Source: an uncultured Rhodobacteraceae bacterium
GTDB lineage: Bacteria > Pseudomonadota > Alphaproteobacteria > Rhodobacterales > Rhodobacteraceae
Direction of reading: 5' to 3'
DNA: 64,000 nucleotides
NCBI GenBank assembly: GCA_947498415.1
Contig: CANMKB010000007.1
Location: forward strand, 9,393-73,392
Shown here: piece by piece, positions 29,383-38,735 of the stretch
Numbering within the stretch: the first letter of the stretch is position 1
Layout: each line of letters starts with the position of its first letter
Notes under the pieces: generated by a model
Seen by the model: only the letters and a program-made list of their open reading frames with translations
Databases searched by the model: none
Told to the model about the DNA's origin: nothing
Made by a program: the position numbers and the translations under genes

Positions 29383-30648
29383 TCAGCCTTTGCCCTTCCA
29401 AGGCACCAGAACTTTTTCAGCATACCGCATTAAAACATCAATGCCGAAGCCGATGATCCCGATCAGGATGATACCCATGATCACGATATCGGTGTTTTGG
29501 AATTTTGACGCTGCGACGATCATCTTGCCGGCACCTTTTTCGGCAGCAACAAGCTCGGCCGCAACAACTGTACCCCAACATACTCCCATCGCAACGCGTG
29601 CGCCTGTAAAGATCTCAGGCAACGAGTTTGGCACGATAACATGACGCATGATCTGCGCCTTGCTGGCGCCCAAGGAATAGGCTGCGTGAACCTTTGAAAT
29701 TTTCACGCCGGACACACCAGATCGCGCTGCGATCGCCATAATCCATAAGGCGGCAAGGAAGAGAAGAATGATCTTACCCGTCTCACCAATACCGGCCCAA
29801 ATGATGACCAATGGGATCAAAGCAAGCGGTGGCACCGGACGCATGAATTCAACGATCGGATCAAACCAGCCACGGAACCAATCGCTGAGGCCCATTGCAT
29901 AACCCAATGGAATACCAACGAGAGCGCCACACACAAACCCAAGGATCACGCGATACAGCGAGAAACCTAGATGTTCCCACAGTGTAAAGCCTTGGAAACC
30001 TGTGCTTGCGATTTCGATCGTCCGCAAGAAAACGCCCTCTGGCGACGGCAGCCAAATCGGCTCCATCTGCCAGCCCGGGCTTGGCACAAAGTTAGGTGTT
30101 CCTTTGTCTGACAGCGTAACTTTGCCGCCATTCACGTCAACTGAACCACCCGGCGCGATCGTCTGACCGTTGATGGCAACAACTTTTGCACCGTCAGTCT
30201 TGCTGATGTCGTCATTCTTATCGACCCGCAGCAATTTAGAGCGCCACGCGACCACGAGTTCTGAATCATCCTTAGCAAAACCGTCGCCTGGTGTCGCCTC
30301 AATCAGATCAGGCTGCTCACCTGCGCGGTGCACACGGAAGTAAACGGTTGCATCATCCTGCTGGCCATTTGCCTCTGCTGTGTATGTAAACGACGTATCG
30401 CCGATAAACGGACCAGGGGCATGCATAAAACCCGGAAGGATTTTAGAGCCGGTAAAGGCACCCCAGATCACAAAGATAGTAATGATCGAGATAAAAGATG
30501 CCGCTCGATTGGAGCGCACAGCGCTTTCGTCCCCAAAGGTTACGGTTTTCAGAGACGTATAATCCTGAATCTTTGTCTTTTGAGTGATGAAGCGGACAAT
30601 GTAAAACGCCGCGATGAAAATGATGAGATAGGCGAGAAACGGAATCAT
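29383..30648 (-). CDS. tauC: Taurine ABC permease with large periplasmic insertion
   Basis: C-terminal TauC core (FMRPVPPLALIP, WAGIGE, AAELVAA); ATGA overlap with tauB. Confidence 0.88.
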   Translation of the reverse strand: MIPFLAYLIIFIAAFYIVRFITQKTKIQDYTSLKTVTFGDESAVRSNRAASFISIITIFVIWGAFTGSKILPGFMHAPGPFIGDTSFTYTAEANGQQDDATVYFRVHRAGEQPDLIEATPGDGFAKDDSELVVAWRSKLLRVDKNDDISKTDGAKVVAINGQTIAPGGSVDVNGGKVTLSDKGTPNFVPSPGWQMEPIWLPSPEGVFLRTIEIASTGFQGFTLWEHLGFSLYRVILGFVCGALVGIPLGYAMGLSDWFRGWFDPIVEFMRPVPPLALIPLVIIWAGIGETGKIILLFLAALWIMAIAARSGVSGVKISKVHAAYSLGASKAQIMRHVIVPNSLPEIFTGARVAMGVCWGTVVAAELVAAEKGAGKMIVAASKFQNTDIVIMGIILIGIIGFGIDVLMRYAEKVLVPWKGKG

Positions 30649-31451
30649 GCTGCATCCTCCGAGCGGCCCATGATTTCTTCTTCCATGTCCCAAATCATGC
30701 CGAGGATTTCCTCGCGCTTGATTGCGAAATCAGGGTGTTTTTTGACTTCACGCAAATCTTGCCCAACGCCAAGGTCGGCAAAGGGCAAGCGGTATTCCTT
30801 GTGGATACGACCCGGACGTGGCGCCATAACCAGCAGACGCTCACCAAGCAGCAAGGCTTCTTCAACCGAGTGTGTAATCAAAATGATGGTTTTCCCGGTT
30901 TCTTTCCACAGCTTCAGAACCAGCGACTGCATCTTTTCACGTGTCAGCGCATCAAGCGCACCAAGAGGTTCGTCCATCAGAATAACATCTGGGTCATTTG
31001 CCAGACAACGCGCAAGCGATACACGCTGCTGCATACCACCAGACAATTCGTAAACCGCTTTTTCTTTAAAGTCCTGCAGACCAACAACATCGAGCAGGTG
31101 GTCAACGATCTCTGTTTTTTCTTTCGCAGGCGTCCCCTTCATACTGGGGCCAAAACCCACGTTGTCGCGAACACTCATCCACTCAAACAACGCACCTTGC
31201 TGAAACACCATCCCGCGTTCCGCATCGGGGCCAGTCACTTTGTGATCGTTCAGAACGATCTGACCTTCGGTTGGTGCCAGAAAACCAGCTACAATATTTA
31301 GCAATGTGGTCTTACCACAGCCAGATGGCCCCAAGACGCTTAGCAATTCGCCAGCTTTCAAATCTAGGGTGACATCCTTCAACGCCTGAACATGCCCTCC
31401 ATCGGGCAAATCAAAGCGCATGGAGATTTTATCGATCGACAGTCCCGACAT
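30645..31451 (-). CDS. tauB: Taurine ABC ATP-binding protein
   Basis: GPSGCGKT, LSGGMQQR, MDEPLGALD. Confidence 0.9.
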   Translation of the reverse strand: MSGLSIDKISMRFDLPDGGHVQALKDVTLDLKAGELLSVLGPSGCGKTTLLNIVAGFLAPTEGQIVLNDHKVTGPDAERGMVFQQGALFEWMSVRDNVGFGPSMKGTPAKEKTEIVDHLLDVVGLQDFKEKAVYELSGGMQQRVSLARCLANDPDVILMDEPLGALDALTREKMQSLVLKLWKETGKTIILITHSVEEALLLGERLLVMAPRPGRIHKEYRLPFADLGVGQDLREVKKHPDFAIKREEILGMIWDMEEEIMGRSEDAA

Positions 31452-31562
31452 GGTCCGCCTTTCCAAATTGTCATTGAAGAGAGCCAGTCACATCTCGGAT
31501 GTTGCACTGGCACGATCCCGCAAAAGTGGCCCCATGCGATATGCGTGGGGCCATTGCGTTGT

Positions 31563-32573
31563 TTACATGTTGTGTGCCGCAGTCAAAGGAGCTGCGTTTA
31601 CAGAACCTTCATAGGAGTCCAGCGCACCGTCGATGCTACCCGCAGCAACGAATACGTCCGCAACACCTTTCATGAAGGATTGAACGCCGCCACCTAGCCA
31701 CTTTTCACCCAGCTGCTCTTCCGCGCTTGGGAATACAAAGTTGCCAAGGGTTGCTTCTGCGTCTGCAACATCCATACCCGCGTCTTTGGCGATAACCGGC
31801 AGCATTTCTGCTGTGTTTTCACCAGAGTTCCACATGTCATTTGCTTTTGCAGTTACAGCAAGGAACTTGGACAGCAGTTCACCTTCTTCGGCGATAAAGC
31901 CTGCAGGTGCGGATGTGGCATCAAACACCAAAATGCCCAGCTCTTCTTTTTCTGCACCGGTCAGCAGAACATTCCCGTGTTCTTGCATACGACGCAGTGC
32001 GCCGCCCCAACCACAGGCCATATCGATGGAACCTTGCGCGAGAGCTGCCGCAGATTCTGCTGGTGCCATGTCAACGATTTCCAAGCTGTCGAGTGAAACA
32101 CCAAAGTGGTTCATTTGCTCAAGGAAGCCAAAGTGCGCAGCGGTGCCCAATGGCACAGCGACTTTCTTGCCTGCCAATTCGCCAGCAGACTCTTTATCAA
32201 TTTCAAGAGCCTCAGCCACGACACAGTTGTCGTTCTCAGAGTAGCTCACGGCGACATCAACGACCTGAATGTCTTGACCAGCGGACGCTGCAACAACGAA
32301 AGGCGGGATGCCTTGGCTGACAGAGATGTGGACATCGCCAGATGCCATCGCTGCGCTCATTGCGGTACCGGTATCAAAGGACACCCAGTTGATCTTAACG
32401 CCCATTTCCTCTTCGTACATGCCTGTTGCTTTGGCGTATTGGAACGGCATTGGCCATTCTAGGAAATATGCAACTGTGATTTCACCACCGTGACCAGCGG
32501 CCATTGCACCTTGTGCACCAACCAACAAAGCTGCAGATGCAGCCATCGCGCCGAAATGTTTTTTCAACATCAT
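31563..32573 (-). CDS. tauA: Taurine ABC substrate-binding protein
   Basis: Signal peptide, YFLEWPMP, FDTGTAMSAA, VPLGTAAH; context of tpa/xsc. Start at 32573 or 32570. Confidence 0.85.
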   Translation of the reverse strand: MMLKKHFGAMAASAALLVGAQGAMAAGHGGEITVAYFLEWPMPFQYAKATGMYEEEMGVKINWVSFDTGTAMSAAMASGDVHISVSQGIPPFVVAASAGQDIQVVDVAVSYSENDNCVVAEALEIDKESAGELAGKKVAVPLGTAAHFGFLEQMNHFGVSLDSLEIVDMAPAESAAALAQGSIDMACGWGGALRRMQEHGNVLLTGAEKEELGILVFDATSAPAGFIAEEGELLSKFLAVTAKANDMWNSGENTAEMLPVIAKDAGMDVADAEATLGNFVFPSAEEQLGEKWLGGGVQSFMKGVADVFVAAGSIDGALDSYEGSVNAAPLTAAHNM

Positions 32574-32845
32574 TATCTTCTTTCTCCCGTGTAAAAGTTG
32601 CCATGAATACATGGCGCTGTTTCCGCGTGACCTTTCTGGTCCTCTTTCGGATCATTCGAACCAAAAGCCCGAACTGTTACCAATCGGAAAGTAATTTAGG
32701 CCATCAATCAACGAATTTTTTCACCAAACCACGATTTTATGAATCCCCCATTTTACGCAGTCGGCAAATCCGAACACATTTTAACTATACTTATCAATAT
32801 ATTGACCCAAAAAACTACGATTTATGCCACCTTAACATATCAATT

Positions 32846-32877
32846 CTGGACATAATCACAAAAACGTCTGGCCCTAT
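32846..32877 (+). promoter_or_regulatory. TauR-type direct repeats upstream of tpa
   Basis: CTGGACATAA (32846) and CTGGCCCTAT (32868), 22 bp apart; resembles CTGGAC(T/C)TAA. Confidence 0.6.
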
Positions 32878-32979
32878 CGGAGTGCCGCAAAAAACAGCGA
32901 ATATGCGCCATCAAATTCGCCAGTGAATCTGGCCTGTTTCGCGGTCTGCGCCACAGGCGCATTGAAAAGGATGATCGTT

Positions 32980-34377
32980 ATGGACGGCAACTTTAAAGAA
33001 AACGACCTCTCCAGAGTAGTCGCAGCTGACAAAGCTAATGTTTGGCATCACCTCTTCCAGCATAAATCCCTGGAAACCGGTGACCCTCGTATTATCGTCG
33101 AGGGAAAGGGAATGCGCGTTTGGGATCAAAACGGCAAAGAATTTCTTGATGCGGTTTCCGGCGGCGTCTGGACTGTAAATGTCGGCTACGGACGCGAATC
33201 CATCTGTGATGCGGTTAAAGATCAGCTGATGCAGCTATGCTATTTTGCCCAAACAGCTGGTTCGATCCCGGGTTCCCTTTTCGCTGAAAAACTCATCAGC
33301 AAAATGCCTGGCATGTCGCGCGTGTATTACACCAACTCTGGCTCTGAAGCGAATGAGAAGGTTTTCAAGCTGGTACGCCAGATTGCGCACAAAAAATATG
33401 GCGGCAAGAAAACCAAGATCCTTTATCGCGACCGCGACTATCACGGATCCACACTAGCTACGATGTCAGCAGGCGGCCAAGATGAGCGCAACGCGCAATA
33501 TGGCCCATTCGCGCCAGACTTTGTTCGTGTTCCGCACTGCATGGAATACCGCAAGCACGAACTTGGCCTAGAGCATCTGTCTGGCGCTGAATTTGGTCGC
33601 GCGGCAGCGGATCAGATCGAAAAAGTAATCTTAGAAGAAGGTCCCGAAACTGTTGGTTTGCTTTGCCTTGAACCGATCACAGCAGGCGGTGGCGTGATCG
33701 AGGCCCCAGAAGGATATTGGGAGCGCGTTCGCGAGATATGCGACAAATACGACATCCTGCTTCACATCGATGAAGTGGTTTGCGGCGTCGGTCGTACTGG
33801 TAAATGGTTTGGCTACCAGCAGTTCGGCGTAGAGCCTGACTTTGTCACCATGGCAAAAGGTGTTGCGTCAGGTTATGCCGCGATTGCCTGCATGGTGACG
33901 ACAGAGAAAGTCTTTGAAATGTTCAAAGACAATGCCGATGACCCGCTGAACTATTTCCGTGACATCTCTACCTTTGGGGGATGTACAGCTGGCCCAGCCG
34001 CCGCTTTGGCGAACATGCAAATCATCGAAGATGAAAACTTGTTGGAAAACACCACCAAGATGGGCGAGCGCATGACTGCCAACTTCCTGAAACTTCAGGA
34101 AAAGCACGCGGTGATTGGAGATGTCCGCGGCAGAGGATTGTTCCAGGGCCTGGAGCTCGTGTCAGATCGCGAAACCAAAGAACCGGTTGCCGAATCTGAC
34201 GCTCAGAAAGTTGTCGCAGAATGTGGTGCGCAAGGTGTCATCATCGGCGTGACCAACCGTTCATTGCCGGGTCGCAACAACACGTTGTGCTTTAGCCCTG
34301 CGCTGATCGCGACCGAACAAGACATCGATCAAATCTGTGAAGCCGTCGACAACGCTCTGACCAAAGTCTTCGGATAA
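32980..34377 (+). CDS. tpa: Taurine-pyruvate aminotransferase
   Basis: Class III PLP aminotransferase: VWHHL, SGGVWTVNVGYGR, NSGSEAN, YHGST, DEVVCG, MAKG. Start trimmed to ATG 32980. Confidence 0.9.
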   Translation: MDGNFKENDLSRVVAADKANVWHHLFQHKSLETGDPRIIVEGKGMRVWDQNGKEFLDAVSGGVWTVNVGYGRESICDAVKDQLMQLCYFAQTAGSIPGSLFAEKLISKMPGMSRVYYTNSGSEANEKVFKLVRQIAHKKYGGKKTKILYRDRDYHGSTLATMSAGGQDERNAQYGPFAPDFVRVPHCMEYRKHELGLEHLSGAEFGRAAADQIEKVILEEGPETVGLLCLEPITAGGGVIEAPEGYWERVREICDKYDILLHIDEVVCGVGRTGKWFGYQQFGVEPDFVTMAKGVASGYAAIACMVTTEKVFEMFKDNADDPLNYFRDISTFGGCTAGPAAALANMQIIEDENLLENTTKMGERMTANFLKLQEKHAVIGDVRGRGLFQGLELVSDRETKEPVAESDAQKVVAECGAQGVIIGVTNRSLPGRNNTLCFSPALIATEQDIDQICEAVDNALTKVFG

Positions 34378-34394
34378 TCGATACCGACACTTAG

Positions 34395-34430
34395 TTCCCA
34401 CACCACCCAATTGGTGTGGGAATTCTATTT
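34395..34430 (+). terminator. Hairpin/terminator after tpa
   Basis: TTCCCACACC/GGTGTGGGAA 10-bp stem followed by TTCTATTT. Confidence 0.65.
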
Positions 34431-34468
34431 CCGCCTACGACTTTGTGGGCAAGCAAGGACGATAAATT

Positions 34469-35041
34469 ATGTGGCCAGCCGCACGACAGCTTTGTGGCAC
34501 ACGGGTATCCTTACACCCTCTTTCGCACAGCCATGCGAATGGGTTGGTTTCGGCCACGCAAACGCGATCTCACCTTCCTAAAGACTGCGCCGTCCCGCAT
34601 CGCGACGATGTCAGCGATCAGATTTCGTATCTATTGGAACGTCAAGCAGATGGCTTAGCCTTACCCTACTGTGTACTTGCCCCAGACAAGACCGTTCTAG
34701 GGATAAGTGGTTTCTCCCGCATAGACCGTGCCAATAAAATCGTGGAGATTGGTGACACATGGCTCAGCAGCGCCTCTCCGTCACTTTATACCGAAATGAT
34801 GACCATGTTGCTGACCTTCGCGCTCGAAGTATCGGGTGCGCTTACTGTTCAAATGAGAGCACAGGCGGCACAAAGTGGGCATCGGCACCTTATCGAAACG
34901 CTTGGCGCTGAGTTAGACGGCGTGCTGCGTGGCGAGAAAGTGTCTAAAGCCGGCAAACCGATCGACATTGCTGTGTATTCTATTCTTGCGATGGAATGGC
35001 CCGTAAAAAGGGCCAAGCTGTTGGAAAAGCTCACGCAATAG
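34469..35041 (+). CDS. GNAT N-acetyltransferase, RimJ/RimL family
   Basis: VEIGDTWL, IETLGA.LDGVLR, D..VYSILA.EWP. Confidence 0.78.
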   Translation: MWPAARQLCGTRVSLHPLSHSHANGLVSATQTRSHLPKDCAVPHRDDVSDQISYLLERQADGLALPYCVLAPDKTVLGISGFSRIDRANKIVEIGDTWLSSASPSLYTEMMTMLLTFALEVSGALTVQMRAQAAQSGHRHLIETLGAELDGVLRGEKVSKAGKPIDIAVYSILAMEWPVKRAKLLEKLTQ

Positions 35042-35136
35042 CCACCTGAAATGATCCGGTAATTCTCATTTCACTGCACATCAACCGCCACGCTTGCAAT
35101 TCCACACAGAGTGATCATAAATGAAATCACTTCACT

Positions 35137-35168
35137 ATCAGGCCAGATAACGCATCTCATAAGTCCAA
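35137..35168 (-). promoter_or_regulatory. TauR-type direct repeats at the tauR promoter (reverse orientation)
   Basis: Minus strand TTGGACTTAT (35168-35159) then CTGGCCTGAT (35146-35137), again 22 bp apart. Confidence 0.55.
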
Positions 35169-35181
35169 GCTGGGGGCAAAA

Positions 35182-36642
35182 TTGTCAATTTCTGTCGATA
35201 CATTTTTCCTGAACCCCCAATTCCAGGGAACCTTGCAATCTCAGATCCAACAAATGATTGCCGAGGGCATTCTGTCTGGCCGATTTCGTCAAGGCGAAAA
35301 ACTTCCGTCGACGCGCAAGCTTGCCAAACATTTGGGTGTCAGTCGCATTACTGTCACGTTGGCTTACACAGAGTTGCTGGCAAACGACTATCTCGCGTCA
35401 CGTGGACGTTCAGGTTACTTTGTATCTGAAAACGCTCCAGAGCCGCCGCCATTTGATGCAACTCGCCAATCGGATGAAAACGTCGATTGGGCGCGTGCGA
35501 TTGGCCGGAAGTTCACGGGGGGTGATACGCCTCAAAAACCCGTGGATTGGGCAAAGTACAAGTACCCCTTCATTTACGGCCAAGCAGATCCAACCCTTTT
35601 TGATCATGCCAACTGGCGCCTGTGCGCGATCCAGGCACTTGGTCAAAAAGATTTTAACTCGTTAACAACTGATTATGGCGACCAAGATGATGAGCGGCTG
35701 ATCGAATTTATTGTTCGACACACCCTCCCGCGTCGCGGCATTGCGGCCCGGCCCGAAGAGATCTTGATCACCCTTGGCGCTCAGAATGCACTGTGGCTCA
35801 CTGCCCAAGTTCTGCTGACACAACGGCGGACGGCTGCGATCGAGGACCCGTGCTATCACGCGCTCAGAGACATTTTGACCCAATCGCGCTGCCACCTTGT
35901 CCCCATCCCGGTGGATCGGGATGGCCTACCGCCACACGCAATACCGCCGAAGTCAGACGTTATTTTTACAACGCCAAGCCACCAGTGCCCAACGACGGCC
36001 ACTATGCCAATGGCACGGCGCGAGGCGCTTTTGGAACGAGCCCGCGAACTTGATGCGTTAATCGTAGAAGACGATTATGAATTTGAAATGTCGTTCCTAA
36101 ACGCACCCTCGCCTGCCCTGAAGTCTTTGGACAAAGATGGGCGCGTCATTTACATCGGCAGCTTTTCAAAATCGATTTTCCCGGGTCTTCGGCTTGGCTA
36201 CATCGTGGGATCAGAAAGCTTTATTCGTGAAGCGCGTGCGCTGCGTGCATCCGTGTTGCGCCACCCGCCCGGTCACATCATGCGCACAGCGGCGTATTTT
36301 CTGTCGCTGGGTCACTACGATGCGCTGATCCGGCGCAACCGAATTGCACTGAAAGAGCGCCGTGAAGTCATGCAGCAAGCGATCTCTGACAGCAATCTCA
36401 CCATTGCTGGTCAGGGTGCGCATGGCGGATCATCAATTTGGATGCGTGCACCTCAAGGCACAGATACGGAAGAGCTCGCGCAAACGCTCATGGAACATGG
36501 GGTCTTGATCGAACCCGGCCGTCCGTTTTTCAATGGAATCAATCGACCGCGTGAATACTACCGTCTCGCCTATTCATCGATTCCAGTTGAGCGAATCCCT
36601 GAAGGAATCGCCCGCATCTCCAGGGCTCTTTCCGGTCGTTAA
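35182..36642 (+). CDS. tauR: MocR/GabR-family regulator TauR
   Basis: wHTH LPSTRKLAKHLGVSRITV plus a PLP domain (EDDYEFE, GSFSKSIFPGLRLGY); directly upstream of xsc. TTG start. Confidence 0.88.
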   Translation: MSISVDTFFLNPQFQGTLQSQIQQMIAEGILSGRFRQGEKLPSTRKLAKHLGVSRITVTLAYTELLANDYLASRGRSGYFVSENAPEPPPFDATRQSDENVDWARAIGRKFTGGDTPQKPVDWAKYKYPFIYGQADPTLFDHANWRLCAIQALGQKDFNSLTTDYGDQDDERLIEFIVRHTLPRRGIAARPEEILITLGAQNALWLTAQVLLTQRRTAAIEDPCYHALRDILTQSRCHLVPIPVDRDGLPPHAIPPKSDVIFTTPSHQCPTTATMPMARREALLERARELDALIVEDDYEFEMSFLNAPSPALKSLDKDGRVIYIGSFSKSIFPGLRLGYIVGSESFIREARALRASVLRHPPGHIMRTAAYFLSLGHYDALIRRNRIALKERREVMQQAISDSNLTIAGQGAHGGSSIWMRAPQGTDTEELAQTLMEHGVLIEPGRPFFNGINRPREYYRLAYSSIPVERIPEGIARISRALSGR

Positions 36643-36831
36643 CCGGATAATACCAAATTGATAAAATTTGCGACACCATGGCTCCAGCTGTGGGTTTTGA
36701 TGCAATCTGGTGCGATGTTGCAAACCCGCTCATTTTGTTGACTTTTGAGACCGCAGGTGTCATTAATCGAAAAATTATACAAATCACCGTTGTTGTGTGG
36801 GAGGAGCGACAATTTTGGTCTGATTATGTAT

Positions 36832-36873
36832 CTGGATATATTTCGGTCGAAACTTTGGGCCTACTGGCTCTAT
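36832..36873 (+). promoter_or_regulatory. TauR-like motifs upstream of xsc
   Basis: CTGGATATAT (36832), TTGGGCCTAC (36855), CTGGCTCTAT (36864); spacing less regular than at tpa. Confidence 0.35.
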
Positions 36874-36941
36874 CCCTCCGCGCTTAACACTAACCTCGTC
36901 CGAGCTTTGGCTCGAAATTCTCGTTCTCAGGAGACGCCCCC

Positions 36942-38711
36942 ATGAAAATGACCACAGAAGAAGCCTTTGTAAAAGTGCTTCAGATGCACGGCATCGACAA
37001 CGCCTTTGGCATTATTGGTTCCGCTATGATGCCAATCTCTGACCTGTTCCCAGCGGCAGGCATCAAGTTCTTTGACTGCGCACACGAATGCAACGCAGGC
37101 ATGATGGCAGACGGTTACACCCGTGCCACCGGTAAAATGTCTATGATGGTCGCGCAAAACGGCCCAGGCATCACCTCTTTGGTCACACCAATCAAAACAG
37201 CATACTGGAACCACACTCCGCTGCTGATCGTGACCCCGCAAGCGGCGAACAAAACTATGGGCCAAGGCGGCTTCCAAGAAGTAGAGCAAATGGCTCTGCT
37301 GGAAGACATGGTTGCCTACCAAGAAGAAGTTCGTGACCCATCTCGCATGGCCGAAGTTCTGAACCGCGTGATCTTGCAAGCAAAACGCGCATCCGCTCCT
37401 GCTCAGATCAACATCCCGCGCGACTACTGGACACAGGTCATCGACATCGAACTGCCAGCTGTAGTTGAATTTGAACGCCCACAGGGTGGCGAAGAAGCTG
37501 TTGCGAAGGCGGCCGAACTTTTGTCCACTGCAAAATTCCCAGTGATCCTGAACGGTGCTGGTGTTGTTCTAGGGGATGCGATCGCAGATTCTGCAGAACT
37601 CGCAGAGCGCCTGACTGCACCTGTATGTGTTGGCTACCAGCACAACGATGCGTTCCCCGGCTCGCACCCACTATTTGCCGGTCCTCTGGGCTACAACGGC
37701 TCTAAGGCCGGTATGGAACTGATCGCGAAAGCGGACGTTGTTCTGGCTTTGGGGACACGTCTGAACCCATTCTCCACACTGCCTGGCTACGGCATCGACT
37801 ATTGGCCACGTGACGCAAAGATCATTCAGGTTGATATCAACCCAGATCGCATCGGCCTGACCAAGCCAGTTTCTGTGGGTATCGTTGGTGACGCGAAGAA
37901 AGTTGCACAGGGTATCCTGGCACGTCTGTCCGACACTGCAGGTGACGAAGGTCGCGACGCACGCAAGAACACAATCGCAGATGCGAAAACCTCTTGGGCA
38001 CAAGAGCTGACGTCCATGGATCACGAAGACGACGATCCGGGAACAACTTGGAACGAGCGTGCGCGTGGTCGTGAACCAGAAAAGATGTCTCCTCGTATGG
38101 CATGGCGTGCGATCCAAGCCGCTCTACCAAAAGAAGCGATCATCTCTTCTGACATCGGCAACAACTGTGCGATCGGTAACGCGTACCCATCCTTTGATGA
38201 AAGCCGCAAGTATCTGGCGCCTGGTCTGTTTGGCCCATGTGGGTATGGCTTCCCAGCGATCTGTGGTGCGAAAATTGGTCAACCAGATGTTCCTGTTGTT
38301 GGTTTCGCAGGCGACGGCGCCTTCGGCATCTCGATGAACGAAATGGTATCTGTGAACCGTGACGATTGGCCTCCAATCACCATGGTTATCTTCCGCAACT
38401 ACCAGTGGGGTGCTGAAAAGCGGAACACCACTCTTTGGTTTGACGACAACTTTGTTGGCACCGAGCTGTCTCAGGAAGTGTCTTATGCTGGTATCGCAAA
38501 GGCATGTGGCGTTCACGGCGTTGCAGTCTCTTCTATGGATGAGCTGACAGACGAACTGAACAAGGCGGTTAAGCGTCAGATGGAAGATAAAGAAACAACC
38601 TTTATCGAAATCCTGCTGAACCAAGAATTGGGTGAGCCTTTCCGTCGCGATGCGATGAAAAAGCCAGTCTCTGTTGCGGGTATCAACCGCGAAGACATGC
38701 GCACCCAATAA
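36942..38711 (+). CDS. xsc: Sulfoacetaldehyde acetyltransferase
   Basis: MTTEEAFVKVLQMHGI..AFGIIGSA, HE, GDGAFG ThDP motif, QELGEPFRRDAM. Confidence 0.95.
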   Translation: MKMTTEEAFVKVLQMHGIDNAFGIIGSAMMPISDLFPAAGIKFFDCAHECNAGMMADGYTRATGKMSMMVAQNGPGITSLVTPIKTAYWNHTPLLIVTPQAANKTMGQGGFQEVEQMALLEDMVAYQEEVRDPSRMAEVLNRVILQAKRASAPAQINIPRDYWTQVIDIELPAVVEFERPQGGEEAVAKAAELLSTAKFPVILNGAGVVLGDAIADSAELAERLTAPVCVGYQHNDAFPGSHPLFAGPLGYNGSKAGMELIAKADVVLALGTRLNPFSTLPGYGIDYWPRDAKIIQVDINPDRIGLTKPVSVGIVGDAKKVAQGILARLSDTAGDEGRDARKNTIADAKTSWAQELTSMDHEDDDPGTTWNERARGREPEKMSPRMAWRAIQAALPKEAIISSDIGNNCAIGNAYPSFDESRKYLAPGLFGPCGYGFPAICGAKIGQPDVPVVGFAGDGAFGISMNEMVSVNRDDWPPITMVIFRNYQWGAEKRNTTLWFDDNFVGTELSQEVSYAGIAKACGVHGVAVSSMDELTDELNKAVKRQMEDKETTFIEILLNQELGEPFRRDAMKKPVSVAGINREDMRTQ

Positions 38712-38735
38712 TCGGATCATGAGAGGACGGACCCT

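Noticed and set aside
36643-36941. Short ORFs or an sRNA in the 299-bp tauR-xsc gap
   Set aside because: No SD-supported ORF with plausible composition and no terminator; most simply a promoter region.
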